Below are positions 49,354 through 60,111 of a DNA stretch of 60,254 nucleotides, piece after piece (the stretch's first letter is position 1; every line of letters starts with the position of its first letter). The stretch comes from a virus (Duplodnaviria > Caudoviricetes), in IMG/VR virus record IMGVR_UViG_3300045747_000144, positions 1-60,254 of that record; one strand, 5' to 3'. A program made the translations under genes and the position numbers. A model generated the notes under the pieces. That model was not told the DNA's origin. It ran no database searches and saw nothing but the letters and a program-made list of their open reading frames with translations.

Positions 49354-51300
49354 ATGGCAATTATTATAGACCCAACAACGCTAATATCTGGTGGTGATAC
49401 CGGAACTGCTTTTGCAGCACCGATTTCATTAGATACAACGCTAAAGACAATTACAATTACACCAGGATCAGGTATCCTTGCAACGGCAGCCGATGGTGTA
49501 ACAGGTCAAGCACTTTATTCTGCACTTAAACTGTTGTGGAAAAACAACGCCACATATATTAAATTTCCATTCCCAATGGAAGCTATCACCCCAGAAGAGT
49601 TTGAATTTATTAATGGTTGGCAATTAGCTAATAACATTACTAGAAAATCGCTTAGAACATGCGGATTCGTTGAACGTGATGCTTCTGGGGTAATCGTTCG
49701 TACATATGCTGGTATTGTGTCATTGGGTTCATTGGGTGCAACAGATCAACCATATTACCAACAAGTGTCAACAACTGGTGCACCCGTTAACTTCAGTTTT
49801 CAGGGACCAGTTAATGAACCAGTATCGGTTAAAGTAGTAGCGGATATTACTGCAGCTAATGTTAATGCCACATCGGATACATTTACACTACTAAATAACG
49901 GTTTGGTAAACGGTGACTATGTTAAGTACACACAGGGTGGTATTGCTCTTACTGGTTTGACCAATAATTCTTACTACTATGTTGTGAACGCAGTTGAAGC
50001 TACTGGTGTATTCCAAGTATCTGCAACTCTAGGTGGTTCTCCTATTCTATGGACAGAAACTGCTACAGGAACTACAACATTCACCAAGGATTCGACGACT
50101 TACATGAAGTTGTTTGCCCGTGAATATCAAAAGACATATTCGGCCGCTCAGTTAAGTGACATCGGTGTATCGGTTATGACATACATTGTATATCGGTTCC
50201 CATTGGCCAATGCAGACGATTCGATTAAGGTAACTGCTTCTGGTACCGGTGGTAATTACAATTTGGTTCAGATCTCTTATCTAAGAGATACAGTTAACAA
50301 CGCTGGTGCATTCTTTAATGTTCGCGGTGCATATTCTACTGGTGCAGTTGCATATGCTTTATCTGATGTTGTTATGGCTACAAATAACCGTTGGTATCAG
50401 TGTAAACTGGCTTATACATCAAATGCAACTCAGCCAAGTGCTAATGTGACCAATTGGTCAGCATTCATTGGTGAACGTACATTGGATGGCGGCGCAACAT
50501 ATTATCCATATACAGTTATTATTGATGGTGATAATACAGTAGTTGCTACAGCATCTGGTATTAATACAACCACCAAATTATATGAACGCATTCAGTATCA
50601 ATTACGTCAAAACGTGGATATTGATGATGGTACTTATGGTTCTGGTGTTATGATTGGTAAAACAGCGGATTCATTATTGAAATTCGTTGGTGACACATTA
50701 GTTACATCAACTGGTGTTTTCATCGAATCTGTTAACGCTAATGACAAGAATAGTATTGATTTCTATGATGGTATTATCACAAAACGTACGTACCCATACA
50801 CAGCTGGTGGTGAATTCAATTTCAACCCTAACTTGGTGTCAGATGCATCCTCTATCTACAGAATGTATTTTACACAGTTACAAGGTGCCGCTGTTAAATT
50901 TGGTGCATCTGGCGCGGTTCTAGTTAAAGATGATTCGCTTGCTGATCTATCCGGTACTGTTTCAGGTGCAACAGTAGGTTGGTCATTTGCATATGACGGT
51001 AATACTCAAACAGAAACACAATGGAAAGCAACAACAGCATATGCTATTGGTGATGAGTATAAAAATGGTACAACTTGGTATCGTGTAGCTACTGGGTATA
51101 CATCATTAGGTACCTTTGGCGCAACAGATACTACAAATTCTACCGTATTGAACGGTTCAACGGATGGCCCTTCGGCTACAGTGGTTGCTATTGGTTTGAA
51201 TACAGGTCAGTATGTGTCGGCAACAACAAAGTTACTTCGTGCAACTGGTCAGAAGATTGGTCTTGTTGCTGCATTGGAAAGAAATTACACGAATCCTTAA
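49354..51300 (+). CDS. Virion structural protein
   Basis: Late promoter at 49317; CBM-like WYQC/WYRV modules; ends RNYTNP, like RNFSNP of the preceding gene. Confidence 0.65.
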   Translation: MAIIIDPTTLISGGDTGTAFAAPISLDTTLKTITITPGSGILATAADGVTGQALYSALKLLWKNNATYIKFPFPMEAITPEEFEFINGWQLANNITRKSLRTCGFVERDASGVIVRTYAGIVSLGSLGATDQPYYQQVSTTGAPVNFSFQGPVNEPVSVKVVADITAANVNATSDTFTLLNNGLVNGDYVKYTQGGIALTGLTNNSYYYVVNAVEATGVFQVSATLGGSPILWTETATGTTTFTKDSTTYMKLFAREYQKTYSAAQLSDIGVSVMTYIVYRFPLANADDSIKVTASGTGGNYNLVQISYLRDTVNNAGAFFNVRGAYSTGAVAYALSDVVMATNNRWYQCKLAYTSNATQPSANVTNWSAFIGERTLDGGATYYPYTVIIDGDNTVVATASGINTTTKLYERIQYQLRQNVDIDDGTYGSGVMIGKTADSLLKFVGDTLVTSTGVFIESVNANDKNSIDFYDGIITKRTYPYTAGGEFNFNPNLVSDASSIYRMYFTQLQGAAVKFGASGAVLVKDDSLADLSGTVSGATVGWSFAYDGNTQTETQWKATTAYAIGDEYKNGTTWYRVATGYTSLGTFGATDTTNSTVLNGSTDGPSATVVAIGLNTGQYVSATTKLLRATGQKIGLVAALERNYTNP

Positions 51301-51315
51301 TTTTATATAAACTCT

Positions 51316-51351
51316 AAATATCCCCTTATAAATATGATACAGGGGATATTT
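51316..51351 (+). promoter_or_regulatory. Late promoter in the loop of an 11 bp inverted repeat
   Basis: AAATATCCCCT-[TATAAATA TGATAC]-AGGGGATATTT. Confidence 0.7.
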
Positions 51352-51367
51352 TAATTTATGGGGAATT

Positions 51368-52435
51368 ATGGCATATACGTTCGATGGGCCTAACAAGTTA
51401 ATAATTCTATCGGCTGGTACCACAGTATTAGACGTTAAGGATTTGTACTCTAGATGGAAAGATTGGGTTGCAGTATCAGACAACTCGAAATATCTGCCTG
51501 CCGTAGTAGTTCTTGGCGGTGACCCATTACCTGGTGGTAGATATCTAGGTACCACATACTTCATCGAAAATGGGTGGAAGATTAGACCATATGAAGGTAA
51601 TCATACACTAGTCGTCTCTGGAAACATGTATTCCAGAGACGGTTCTGATCCATTTGTTAACACAATTGGGTCGTACAATGTAAGAATTATGATTACAGTT
51701 TCCAACCTAGTAGATACAGTGGCAACCGGTGGTGGTGTCGGTACAGTTGCTGAAGTTAGGGATGCAGTGTGGAACGCTACACAGGCATCATACACTGCAG
51801 CAGGCTCTATGGGTGAAGCTGTATCTGCAGCAGGCTCGGCGGGTAATCCATGGATTGGGGATCTGACAACATACAACACCCCAGGTACTGCTGGAAAAAT
51901 TCTAAAAGATATTGGACTGGATGTTGCAACAGTCAAAACACAAACAGATACCGTAGAAACCACTTTATCATCTGTACAAACAGACTTAACAACGATTAAG
52001 AGTTACACAGATACCGTAGAGAGTAGTTTGACTGCAGTTCAGACAGATCTTACAACAATCAAGTCATACACAGATACGTTAGAGACGTCTGCAACATCAC
52101 TACAAACTACAGCAAACACCATAGCTGGCTACACAGACACATTAGAATCCAGTGTCAGCGCAATCCAAACAGTTACAGATACTATGCCAACTGCTGCAAA
52201 TGTAGCATCTGCAGTACGAACAGAATTGACCAACGAATTGGCTCACATATTGACATTAGCAAACAACCCAGGACTAACCACAAATCAAGCAACTATGCTT
52301 CTAGAGATATACAAACTCTATGGTCTAGACCCAACAGCACCGCTAGTTGTGACAAACAATAATAGAACCGCTGGCGCAGGGGTGGTACAAACAGTACAAA
52401 CCAGCGATACACAAACAGTAATAACAAGAGTGTAA
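51368..52435 (+). CDS. Structural protein with 21-residue coiled-coil repeats
   Basis: Repeats of TDT(V/L)E..L..VQTDLTTIKSY. Confidence 0.7.
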   Translation: MAYTFDGPNKLIILSAGTTVLDVKDLYSRWKDWVAVSDNSKYLPAVVVLGGDPLPGGRYLGTTYFIENGWKIRPYEGNHTLVVSGNMYSRDGSDPFVNTIGSYNVRIMITVSNLVDTVATGGGVGTVAEVRDAVWNATQASYTAAGSMGEAVSAAGSAGNPWIGDLTTYNTPGTAGKILKDIGLDVATVKTQTDTVETTLSSVQTDLTTIKSYTDTVESSLTAVQTDLTTIKSYTDTLETSATSLQTTANTIAGYTDTLESSVSAIQTVTDTMPTAANVASAVRTELTNELAHILTLANNPGLTTNQATMLLEIYKLYGLDPTAPLVVTNNNRTAGAGVVQTVQTSDTQTVITRV

Positions 52436-52438
52436 TTT

Positions 52439-52789
52439 ATGTTCAACCATAAAGCACTTGCTCTAGAGGGGGTGGGTTTCGGGCACAGAGTTTTAGCTAT
52501 TCTAGGGACAAGATGGTTTGATGTTCAGGTAATAGTTACCCCTCCGCCACAAACTGGCGGCTCTGTTTGGTATCCCATAGAGGATTATCTAATAACAGTT
52601 AGGGTCACAACAAAATCTGGTAAAACTTACGAGTCATCATATAGAGCAACAGATCATGGATTAAGTAGTATCCTTAGGATAACTGCTGTATTTAATAAGG
52701 TTATAGAGTTCACTGGTGTCATAAATATTGCTATAACATCTAGTGTGTTGAAAGTTAAAAAGATAATAACGTCTGTGTTCGTAAAGTGA
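52439..52789 (+). CDS. Hypothetical protein
   Basis: ORF in the structural operon. Confidence 0.6.
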   Translation: MFNHKALALEGVGFGHRVLAILGTRWFDVQVIVTPPPQTGGSVWYPIEDYLITVRVTTKSGKTYESSYRATDHGLSSILRITAVFNKVIEFTGVINIAITSSVLKVKKIITSVFVK

Positions 52790-52823
52790 TAAATACATAG
52801 ACAAATTGATATTTGGAGATCAA

Positions 52824-53381
52824 ATGATATTAGGTAAAATAGAACTAACAGAACAATCGGACTTGGAATTCGGATTAGAAATCCAAGGGACTATAGAGAA
52901 AACATCATCTATTCGTTTCGTCATTGAAGGCCCAGATTTTGACGTATCTTGTAAATGTAAAGAAAATTCAGGTACAGTTACAGCAATTATTCCTAAATTA
53001 AAAGGGATTTTGCCTTCTGGTGTATATGAGTCTAGATTGGAAATTATCATTGATGGTAAAATTTTCACTCCATTGAGAGAGTCAATCGAGCTAAACCCTC
53101 TAGTCGAATTCGGTTTATCTAAACCTGCACTGACACAAGTAAAAGAGGGAGTAAAGTTCAAGGTCAAGACTCCTATTGTTGCTAAAGAATCACACGTTTC
53201 TTCTAGGGATAAGCAAATTCAATTAGCTATAGCTGAGGGTTTTGAATTAGTTAAAGTCAAGAACTTTGATGTCCTTAAGAAGGATAATATGTATCATGGC
53301 ATAGTTAGTGAATCAAATGTAGTGTTTTCGGATAGAGGGTTTGACTCGTTGAGTTCTCTAGTTGAAGAATTAAGCAAATAA
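52824..53381 (+). CDS. Conserved hypothetical protein
   Basis: Late promoter at 52788; GGAG SD. Confidence 0.65.
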   Translation: MILGKIELTEQSDLEFGLEIQGTIEKTSSIRFVIEGPDFDVSCKCKENSGTVTAIIPKLKGILPSGVYESRLEIIIDGKIFTPLRESIELNPLVEFGLSKPALTQVKEGVKFKVKTPIVAKESHVSSRDKQIQLAIAEGFELVKVKNFDVLKKDNMYHGIVSESNVVFSDRGFDSLSSLVEELSK

Positions 53382-53382
53382 A

Positions 53383-54624
53383 ATGACTAGGACATTCAAA
53401 GAGATAGGCCCAACAGCGGTAGCCAACACCAATGTTGCCGTAAATGAAGTTCTTCGTGGGGCAACCCTCGTAGAGCAGCAAGAAACAATCATCGCACATC
53501 CCAGCAATGATAATGTTCTTCTGCCCAACTCTGACGGTTCTATTAATGTAAACATCAATAATCCTACAGGGACAGTAGAGCTTGGGTCTACATCATTAAA
53601 TGCACTTGAGAATATTACCGTCCATGTAGACAACATTGCCAGTACTGTAACTGTAACAAATTTCACAGACAACGGATTAACTGATACGCAATTAAGGGCG
53701 AGTGCAGTGCCAGTTACGGGAACCGTCATTGCTGACACAGGATTGGTACAACCACTGACTGATACACAATTGCGGGCTACTGCGTTACCTGTGTCAGTTG
53801 CCTCACTTCCATCACATCCAGTAACTGGTACATTCTGGCAGGCAACACAACCAGTTTCCGGAACTGTTACTGTGTCAAATCCGACTGCTGTTGGTCTTAC
53901 CGATACCGAATTAAGAGCAACAGCTGTTCCAGTATCTATTGCTTCTGTACCATCTCATGCTGTAACTAATGCTGGTACATTCTCGGTACAAGTAACTTCT
54001 GCTCCTACCACTACTGTTACGGCAACTGCTTTGCCGCTCCCAACTGGTGCTGCAACAGAAACTACCCTGTCTGCACTAAACACCAAAGTTACTGCTGTAA
54101 ACACAGGTGCTGTCACAATTAGTTCTGCTCTACCTACCGGTGGAAATGTGATCGGTATCGTTCGTTCTGCTGGCCAAACTACACCTGGATTTTCAGTAAC
54201 TGGTCTTTCTCCTGTGCTTACCGGTGGTGCCGATGATGCAGGAAATATGCAAGCACTATCTCTTGATACTTCTGGTAAGCAGAATGTCAATGTAGCTGCT
54301 TCTGTACTTCCCACTGGCGCTTCAACTGATGCAACTCTTGCTGCTCTAAAGTCCGTTCAAGATACTATTCAATCTCAGACTGAAATTATCGAATATGCAC
54401 TGATGGCTCTTCTAGATAAGATTGCTATGCCAGACCGTTTTGATCGGTCCCGTGTTGTAATTGGTGACACAACGGGCAATGAAATAAATGGGCCGTATTA
54501 CGGCGTAAATGTTGCTATAGTTGGAGATTCTAACTTGGGTAAATCTTATGCTCGAGTCAATGAAATCTGGAACATGCATGATGCCGGATCAACTAGAATC
54601 TATAATAATATAACGGTGGTCTAA
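53383..54624 (+). CDS. Fibre-like protein with LTDTQLRA repeats
   Basis: Three LTDT(Q/E)LRA..(V/L)PV and two LPTGA.T..TL.AL repeats. Confidence 0.7.
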   Translation: MTRTFKEIGPTAVANTNVAVNEVLRGATLVEQQETIIAHPSNDNVLLPNSDGSINVNINNPTGTVELGSTSLNALENITVHVDNIASTVTVTNFTDNGLTDTQLRASAVPVTGTVIADTGLVQPLTDTQLRATALPVSVASLPSHPVTGTFWQATQPVSGTVTVSNPTAVGLTDTELRATAVPVSIASVPSHAVTNAGTFSVQVTSAPTTTVTATALPLPTGAATETTLSALNTKVTAVNTGAVTISSALPTGGNVIGIVRSAGQTTPGFSVTGLSPVLTGGADDAGNMQALSLDTSGKQNVNVAASVLPTGASTDATLAALKSVQDTIQSQTEIIEYALMALLDKIAMPDRFDRSRVVIGDTTGNEINGPYYGVNVAIVGDSNLGKSYARVNEIWNMHDAGSTRIYNNITVV

Positions 54625-57600
54625 ATGGCTTTAAAGCAGATTCTCCATAAGAAGACTTGGGAGCCTACTTCTATACATTATAACAACTCTGTATATGCCG
54701 CAGGCGGCTCTACTATTTGTTGGGATACGTATGATGAAACTGGTGATACCAAGATATTCATGTATCGTGGCGGCAATCAGGTAGCTACATTGTGGATGTA
54801 TGACTCTGTAGAAGATTCTTGGTCAGAATCAAGAGGTACTACAAACCCGAGCGGTAATCAATCTAACGAGTATGCCGGCAATGCTTTAGCATATACTTCT
54901 CTTGGTACTCCCAATGGAACTACTTCTAATTTCTGTACCTCAAACTCTACCACATTTCTTACAACAACTTTAAATCTAGTCAAAGATATTTCTGGTTCTA
55001 AAATTAGAATCATAGGTGGTGAAAATGCTGGCTATGAAGGCACGATAGTATCAAACACACTTGGGTTCAATGCGAGTATTGAGATAGATCCACCAACTGC
55101 ACTTCCAAACTATACAGCTTGGGTAGAAATATTCTCCGGTTCGGTGTATGCAGTCTGGTCTACCAGTTCAACCACAACTCCTTTGTTTAATGTATATGAT
55201 ATTGCAACAAATACTTGGAGCACCAGAACCTCGCCTTCTACGAACACATATGTTCAGTATTCTGTAAAACTTACTAGTCTTCCACAGATCGGTTCAGATT
55301 TAGACACAGGCACAATTAGTTCGGTACTGACAAATTGGCTTCCATCAAATCTAAGATATGGCTCCTGGAATTTTAGAGCAGGTTCAGTTGCCTATACGGA
55401 TGGTACAGTTGCTCAAGGCAGCCCAGATCAGTACTCTACTAGAATAGATTATACTTCTGGGGACGGGTATTGTTGGATCACACCCAATGTTCTAACGGCA
55501 AATACTACCTATACATTTTCTCTCTGGGTAAAAACACCTAGTATTACGAGTACTATTAGGTTCAATGTTTATATGCAAGGTGGTTGGACAACAAGTTTAA
55601 CAGTTCCCACATCTGGTGTTTGGACTAGACAAAGTATGACTTTCACCACAGATGCCGTAAGTACTATAGTTCAAGAAATTGGATTTTTCAATCTAAATCC
55701 CATAGTTTATATAGACACAGTTCAGTTGGAAGAGGCCGCTAGTCCCGGCACTTTTCTAAATACTACATACAACCAAAGATGGGGTACTAGTAATCTTATT
55801 CCCAATACAAATTTATCTACATGGCTACTGCAAACGGGTAACACCATAACACCAAATCAGACTGATCCATTTGGTGGCACCACAGCAGTTTTATATGAAT
55901 CTGGTTCTACAATATATTCATCTATAACGACTACTCTGAGTATTAACATATACAACAAACCCTTGATCTTGTCGGTCTATATGAAAGCCGGCACAACAAC
56001 CGCGGCACAACTTTATATAGAAAATACGACCGCCGGTTCTCCGATGGTTGCTTCACATGCGGTCGTACTAACTACTGAATGGGTAAGATATACATGTGCT
56101 TTTAACACAAACACTTCTACTTCGGGTGTCAAAATCATACTTGATACTGGTATCTATGGTGCAATCAATACTGGCAATATCTATATTTCTTCACCTCAAC
56201 TAGAATATGGCTCAGTTCCAACAGAATTTATTGCAACTACAGGTTCTGGTGCTAAAATTAGACAAATTACTGGTGGCCCACTTTCGCAACTCACATTCAC
56301 GGGTAAAGACTGGTCACCAGGTTCTCTTAAAAACTATAGAATAAAATTCACTCGTCCATCAGTAGTGAATCTATTAGCATACTCTACTAACTTTGCTAAT
56401 AATCTAACTTGGACTACTACTGGTGGAGCAACAAAGACAGGTAATGTTCTTAATTGCGGTACTGATTCTATGAGAGTTGATGTCAGACCACTTGGGCAAT
56501 TGGCATTTCTTAAAGCAGGAACTTACACCTTCTACATAATTGCATCGGGCACTGGTACATTTAGAATGTACTCATATAATCAAATTTCTCTAAGTTCAAA
56601 TGCTGGGGTAGATTATACTCTTACATCTACTCCAACTAGGTTTGTACATACTTTCACATATGCCGTTGATGGAGCGTTCCCAGTTTTCGGAAGAATGGTT
56701 GGAAATACTGCTACTGCTATTACTGTATATGCAGGTCAACTTGAGTACGGTTCGGTTGCTCATGACCTAGTCTATACTGATTCCAATTTAGATTATACTG
56801 CCGGCACACAATATCTTCCAATTATAGACAATGATGCCAATACCATAACGGTTCCCATTACTCTTGGTGATGAGCCAAGAACAGGGGATACTATTACCAT
56901 TGAACCAAATGGCGATGACATCTATCTCTCTGGCAATAATGAGAATGCTTTATATTGTTACAACCAACGAGCAAATACTTGGCTTCCACAAGAAGTGATA
57001 CCCACAAGAAATAGAGGATCGGCGCCAGGCTGGGAACATTCAGCAATTTTTGTGAATAAGATTGACGGTTGGTCCCTACCAAAATCTGTACCACTAAAAC
57101 AGCTCAATACTGCGTATACCTATGGTGACAAAATCCAGCCAAATGTGCCTACCATTTCTTATGACTACATAAAATCTGGTGTGTTTGAGTGTACGGTACC
57201 TGGTACTTCAGCTGGGAGTACTATGACTGGGTGGCAATATGTAATGATCATCAATGTAGAAAATCACGTCGACGGTACTGCTACATTCATGCAAAGATTG
57301 GTGGAACAACCAGGCAGATATATTTACTCTTTTCGTGGTAATAGTACCGCCACACTACACATTTTTGACATCACAACTCAGATGTGGCATTCGTGTGATT
57401 CTACTATCACTTTCAAATATGCGGGCTGTGGTACAGCACTGATGTCGGGCGGCACTTCTTATTGCCAGACTGGAAACTATATATATATTGATGTGCCGAC
57501 TAGCTATCAAGGTGGCAATAGATTTTATAGATTTGACATCAAAAATTATCTAATGGAACCATTCAAAACTTTAAGATCTGCAGCTAATGGCTTGGCACAA

Positions 57601-57711
57601 TCCGGCCAGAGAATTTGGCCGTCTTACAAAACAGTTGGATCTGAGAAGTACACATTCATTAACTCTATGGCTACTAATACTTACAACATAAGACGGTGCC
57701 GAGTGAATTAA
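54625..57711 (+). CDS. Large receptor-binding-like protein (propeller-like with CBM-like inserts)
   Basis: Paralog of the next gene; QLE.G/QLEE-ending modules; GRYIYSFRG. Confidence 0.65.
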   Translation: MALKQILHKKTWEPTSIHYNNSVYAAGGSTICWDTYDETGDTKIFMYRGGNQVATLWMYDSVEDSWSESRGTTNPSGNQSNEYAGNALAYTSLGTPNGTTSNFCTSNSTTFLTTTLNLVKDISGSKIRIIGGENAGYEGTIVSNTLGFNASIEIDPPTALPNYTAWVEIFSGSVYAVWSTSSTTTPLFNVYDIATNTWSTRTSPSTNTYVQYSVKLTSLPQIGSDLDTGTISSVLTNWLPSNLRYGSWNFRAGSVAYTDGTVAQGSPDQYSTRIDYTSGDGYCWITPNVLTANTTYTFSLWVKTPSITSTIRFNVYMQGGWTTSLTVPTSGVWTRQSMTFTTDAVSTIVQEIGFFNLNPIVYIDTVQLEEAASPGTFLNTTYNQRWGTSNLIPNTNLSTWLLQTGNTITPNQTDPFGGTTAVLYESGSTIYSSITTTLSINIYNKPLILSVYMKAGTTTAAQLYIENTTAGSPMVASHAVVLTTEWVRYTCAFNTNTSTSGVKIILDTGIYGAINTGNIYISSPQLEYGSVPTEFIATTGSGAKIRQITGGPLSQLTFTGKDWSPGSLKNYRIKFTRPSVVNLLAYSTNFANNLTWTTTGGATKTGNVLNCGTDSMRVDVRPLGQLAFLKAGTYTFYIIASGTGTFRMYSYNQISLSSNAGVDYTLTSTPTRFVHTFTYAVDGAFPVFGRMVGNTATAITVYAGQLEYGSVAHDLVYTDSNLDYTAGTQYLPIIDNDANTITVPITLGDEPRTGDTITIEPNGDDIYLSGNNENALYCYNQRANTWLPQEVIPTRNRGSAPGWEHSAIFVNKIDGWSLPKSVPLKQLNTAYTYGDKIQPNVPTISYDYIKSGVFECTVPGTSAGSTMTGWQYVMIINVENHVDGTATFMQRLVEQPGRYIYSFRGNSTATLHIFDITTQMWHSCDSTITFKYAGCGTALMSGGTSYCQTGNYIYIDVPTSYQGGNRFYRFDIKNYLMEPFKTLRSAANGLAQSGQRIWPSYKTVGSEKYTFINSMATNTYNIRRCRVN

Positions 57712-57733
57712 ATAAGACAAATAGGAAAGAAAC

Positions 57734-59401
57734 ATGACAACAACAGTAAATCTTCGAAAACTTCTCCATCGTAAAGCATGGGAAATGTGCACGCCAAACC
57801 CAGTTGTTACTTGGGGTCAGGGTTCTATTCTTGCTTTTGATGAGAATGCAATTCTTCCAGTATCAGAAAATGCCACCTATATGTTTTCCGGCGGTGGTTT
57901 GGGTGCGCTCTATAACTACAATGCCGAACAAGATTCTTGGCTTCAGGTAATCTCTGGTGGTCCAACACCGGTTAACTCGGCCGGTTCGATGTCCGTGCTG
58001 CATCCACTGGGTATGTGGGGCGGCACAAAAACACAAACTGCTCTTGCTGGAACTACTACTACTCTTATTACTTCTAGAAATTTAGTTCGTAAACTCGCAG
58101 GCCTCAAGATCAGGGTCACTGGTGGTACTGGTGCTGGGTATGAAGGTACTATTTCTGACAATACAGTTGGTCCTAACTCAGTGCTTACAGTAACTCCTGC
58201 TTCCGGTATTGCATTCTCTGCCACTACAACTTTTGAAGTATATTCAGGAACTGTGTGGCTTATGCCTTCAGTCGCCTCTACTACCGGCACAATCTATTAT
58301 TTTGATCGTGCAACAAATGCTTGGGGTACTAAAGCTACTGTTACTCTTGCTGCCAACTTAGCTAACCATGGTAAGTTTGTAATTACCCCAAGTCTTGAGG
58401 CAACATTTGACTCTGGTACAGCTACCGCTGGGGCGGGCAATGGAGCTTTGATCAGTGGAACTAAGAATTGGCTCACAAATTGCTGGACTAATTATCAAGT
58501 CCGTATTATCAGTGGAACTGGAGCAGGCCAATATCGCACTATTTCTTCAAATACTGCAACGACACTCATAGTATCTGCAATATGGACGACGTCTCCAGAC
58601 GCTACATCAACATTTGAAATTACAGGTGATGACGATAAAATTTATCTAATTGGTAATGCTGGTGTCAATATCTATCAATATTCCCTGTCTGCTAATACTT
58701 GGACTGCAGCAATGACAGTGAACGTTGCACGTGCCGCAGTTACTGGGGCAGGCGTTACTGCTAATTGGATTGCTAACGTATCCGGATGGACTGTACCACA
58801 AACTGCTGCGGTGCGAGCCAACTCCACCCCGTATGTTCTTGGTCAAATTATTACTCCCGTTGGTGGCACAGATGTGAATGCATCTTGGTATGAATGTACT
58901 ACGGCTGGTACTACGGCCGTAGCTGAAGTTGCTGTTGCTCTTTGGAGAGTCAACATTGGTGCGGCCGTAACTGACGGTACTGCCGTCTTTACAAGAAGAA
59001 TGGTCCCACAAAATGGTAGATATATCTATTCATTTAGAGGAGCAGCATCTGCAGCTCTAGACATTCTTGATCTTGCTGCAATGTCTTGGAATCAATGTAC
59101 TTCAGGTACCAACTTTGCATACGGCCATGCTGGCGCAGAAACATTCTCCACCGGCACTTCTGCCACAGATGGAAATGGCGCAATTTATATCTATAAAGCA
59201 GGTGATGCACAAAAACTACTTAAATTTGATGTAGCTACACATACACTGTTACCATTGGCACTAGGCACATATTCAGGTTCAACTGTGTACGATGGACAGA
59301 AACTTTGGTCACAATTCTACAAAGATGGTGCAACGACAATTAGATTCTTCTACATTGGTGTGCCCTCCAAATATGAAGTACTTAGAATGATGGAGATCTA
59401 A
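57734..59401 (+). CDS. Propeller-like virion protein
   Basis: LRKLLHRKAWE; Y..S.NTW repeats; GTGAGQYR.I; GRYIYSFRG. Confidence 0.65.
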   Translation: MTTTVNLRKLLHRKAWEMCTPNPVVTWGQGSILAFDENAILPVSENATYMFSGGGLGALYNYNAEQDSWLQVISGGPTPVNSAGSMSVLHPLGMWGGTKTQTALAGTTTTLITSRNLVRKLAGLKIRVTGGTGAGYEGTISDNTVGPNSVLTVTPASGIAFSATTTFEVYSGTVWLMPSVASTTGTIYYFDRATNAWGTKATVTLAANLANHGKFVITPSLEATFDSGTATAGAGNGALISGTKNWLTNCWTNYQVRIISGTGAGQYRTISSNTATTLIVSAIWTTSPDATSTFEITGDDDKIYLIGNAGVNIYQYSLSANTWTAAMTVNVARAAVTGAGVTANWIANVSGWTVPQTAAVRANSTPYVLGQIITPVGGTDVNASWYECTTAGTTAVAEVAVALWRVNIGAAVTDGTAVFTRRMVPQNGRYIYSFRGAASAALDILDLAAMSWNQCTSGTNFAYGHAGAETFSTGTSATDGNGAIYIYKAGDAQKLLKFDVATHTLLPLALGTYSGSTVYDGQKLWSQFYKDGATTIRFFYIGVPSKYEVLRMMEI

Positions 59402-59403
59402 AC

Positions 59404-59568
59404 ATGGACTATAGAGTTTTTGAAGTAGCCCCAGGTCGGTGGGCATATGCAATTTCTGGTATCTATCAAGAATGGAAACCAGGTGTCGAAGGTTTCGAGC
59501 CTATGACCGAACAAGAGGCAACAGATTTTGTTCTCAAAGAAAAGTATAGATTAGAAAATGGTGTTTAA
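59404..59568 (+). CDS. Small hypothetical protein (not in ORF track)
   Basis: MDYRVFEVAPGRWAY...QEW.P..EGF.PMTE.EA; GGAG SD. Confidence 0.55.
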   Translation: MDYRVFEVAPGRWAYAISGIYQEWKPGVEGFEPMTEQEATDFVLKEKYRLENGV

Positions 59569-59570
59569 TC

Positions 59571-60111
59571 ATGTTATTAACATTTTTTAATAACACGATT
59601 AGGCGGATACTTGCTATATCGTCTATTAGTGCAATTTTTTCACGAAACAATGTATCTGATTTTATAAACCAGGCAATAATAAATAATAGTTTTTCCCAAA
59701 ACACACTTATTAACTCGTATGAGCATGGTTATATTGATGTTTCTTTTGATATAAATATTATCACAACATCATTAGGCAGCAATACTTGCACAGCCCAATT
59801 CTTAACATAGGCACTCACATATGGCAACCAAATATATCGAGGGAACGACAATCAGGGCGTATGCCGAATTTAGAAACGATAGTAATGTTCTAGTAGACCC
59901 CTTGACCGTTACTCTCAAATATAAACAACCGGACAACGTCCTGATGACGAAGACGAGCCCATTAGAAGTCCTTAAGGTATCAACCGGTATATATGAGATT
60001 TATTTAATTCTATCCCAGGCAGGAAAGTATGCATTTCGCTGGGAAGGATCTGGTAACAATGGGTCTGTTTCAGAAACAGTTATTACAGTTCAAGCTTCAC
60101 AGGTGCTATAA
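59571..60111 (+). CDS. Two hypothetical ORFs (59571-59810, 59821-60111); the second is Ig-like
   Basis: DP..VTL...PD...STG.Y....G.Y..RW.G.G. Confidence 0.55.

Larger units (their letters stand above)
27245..52795 (+). promoter_or_regulatory. T4-type late promoters NATAAATA
   Basis: Upstream of late genes at 27245, 27602, 29001, 29654, 32630, 34457, 37001, 45483, 49317, 51327 and 52788. Confidence 0.75.

Noticed and set aside
706-59011. Minus-strand and nested ORFs in the track
   Set aside because: They are shadows of well-supported + strand genes with no motifs; only the HNH at 8789 is credible.
45897-59401. Diversity-generating retroelement acting on fibre genes
   Set aside because: No reverse transcriptase and no adenine-variant template/variable repeat pair was seen.
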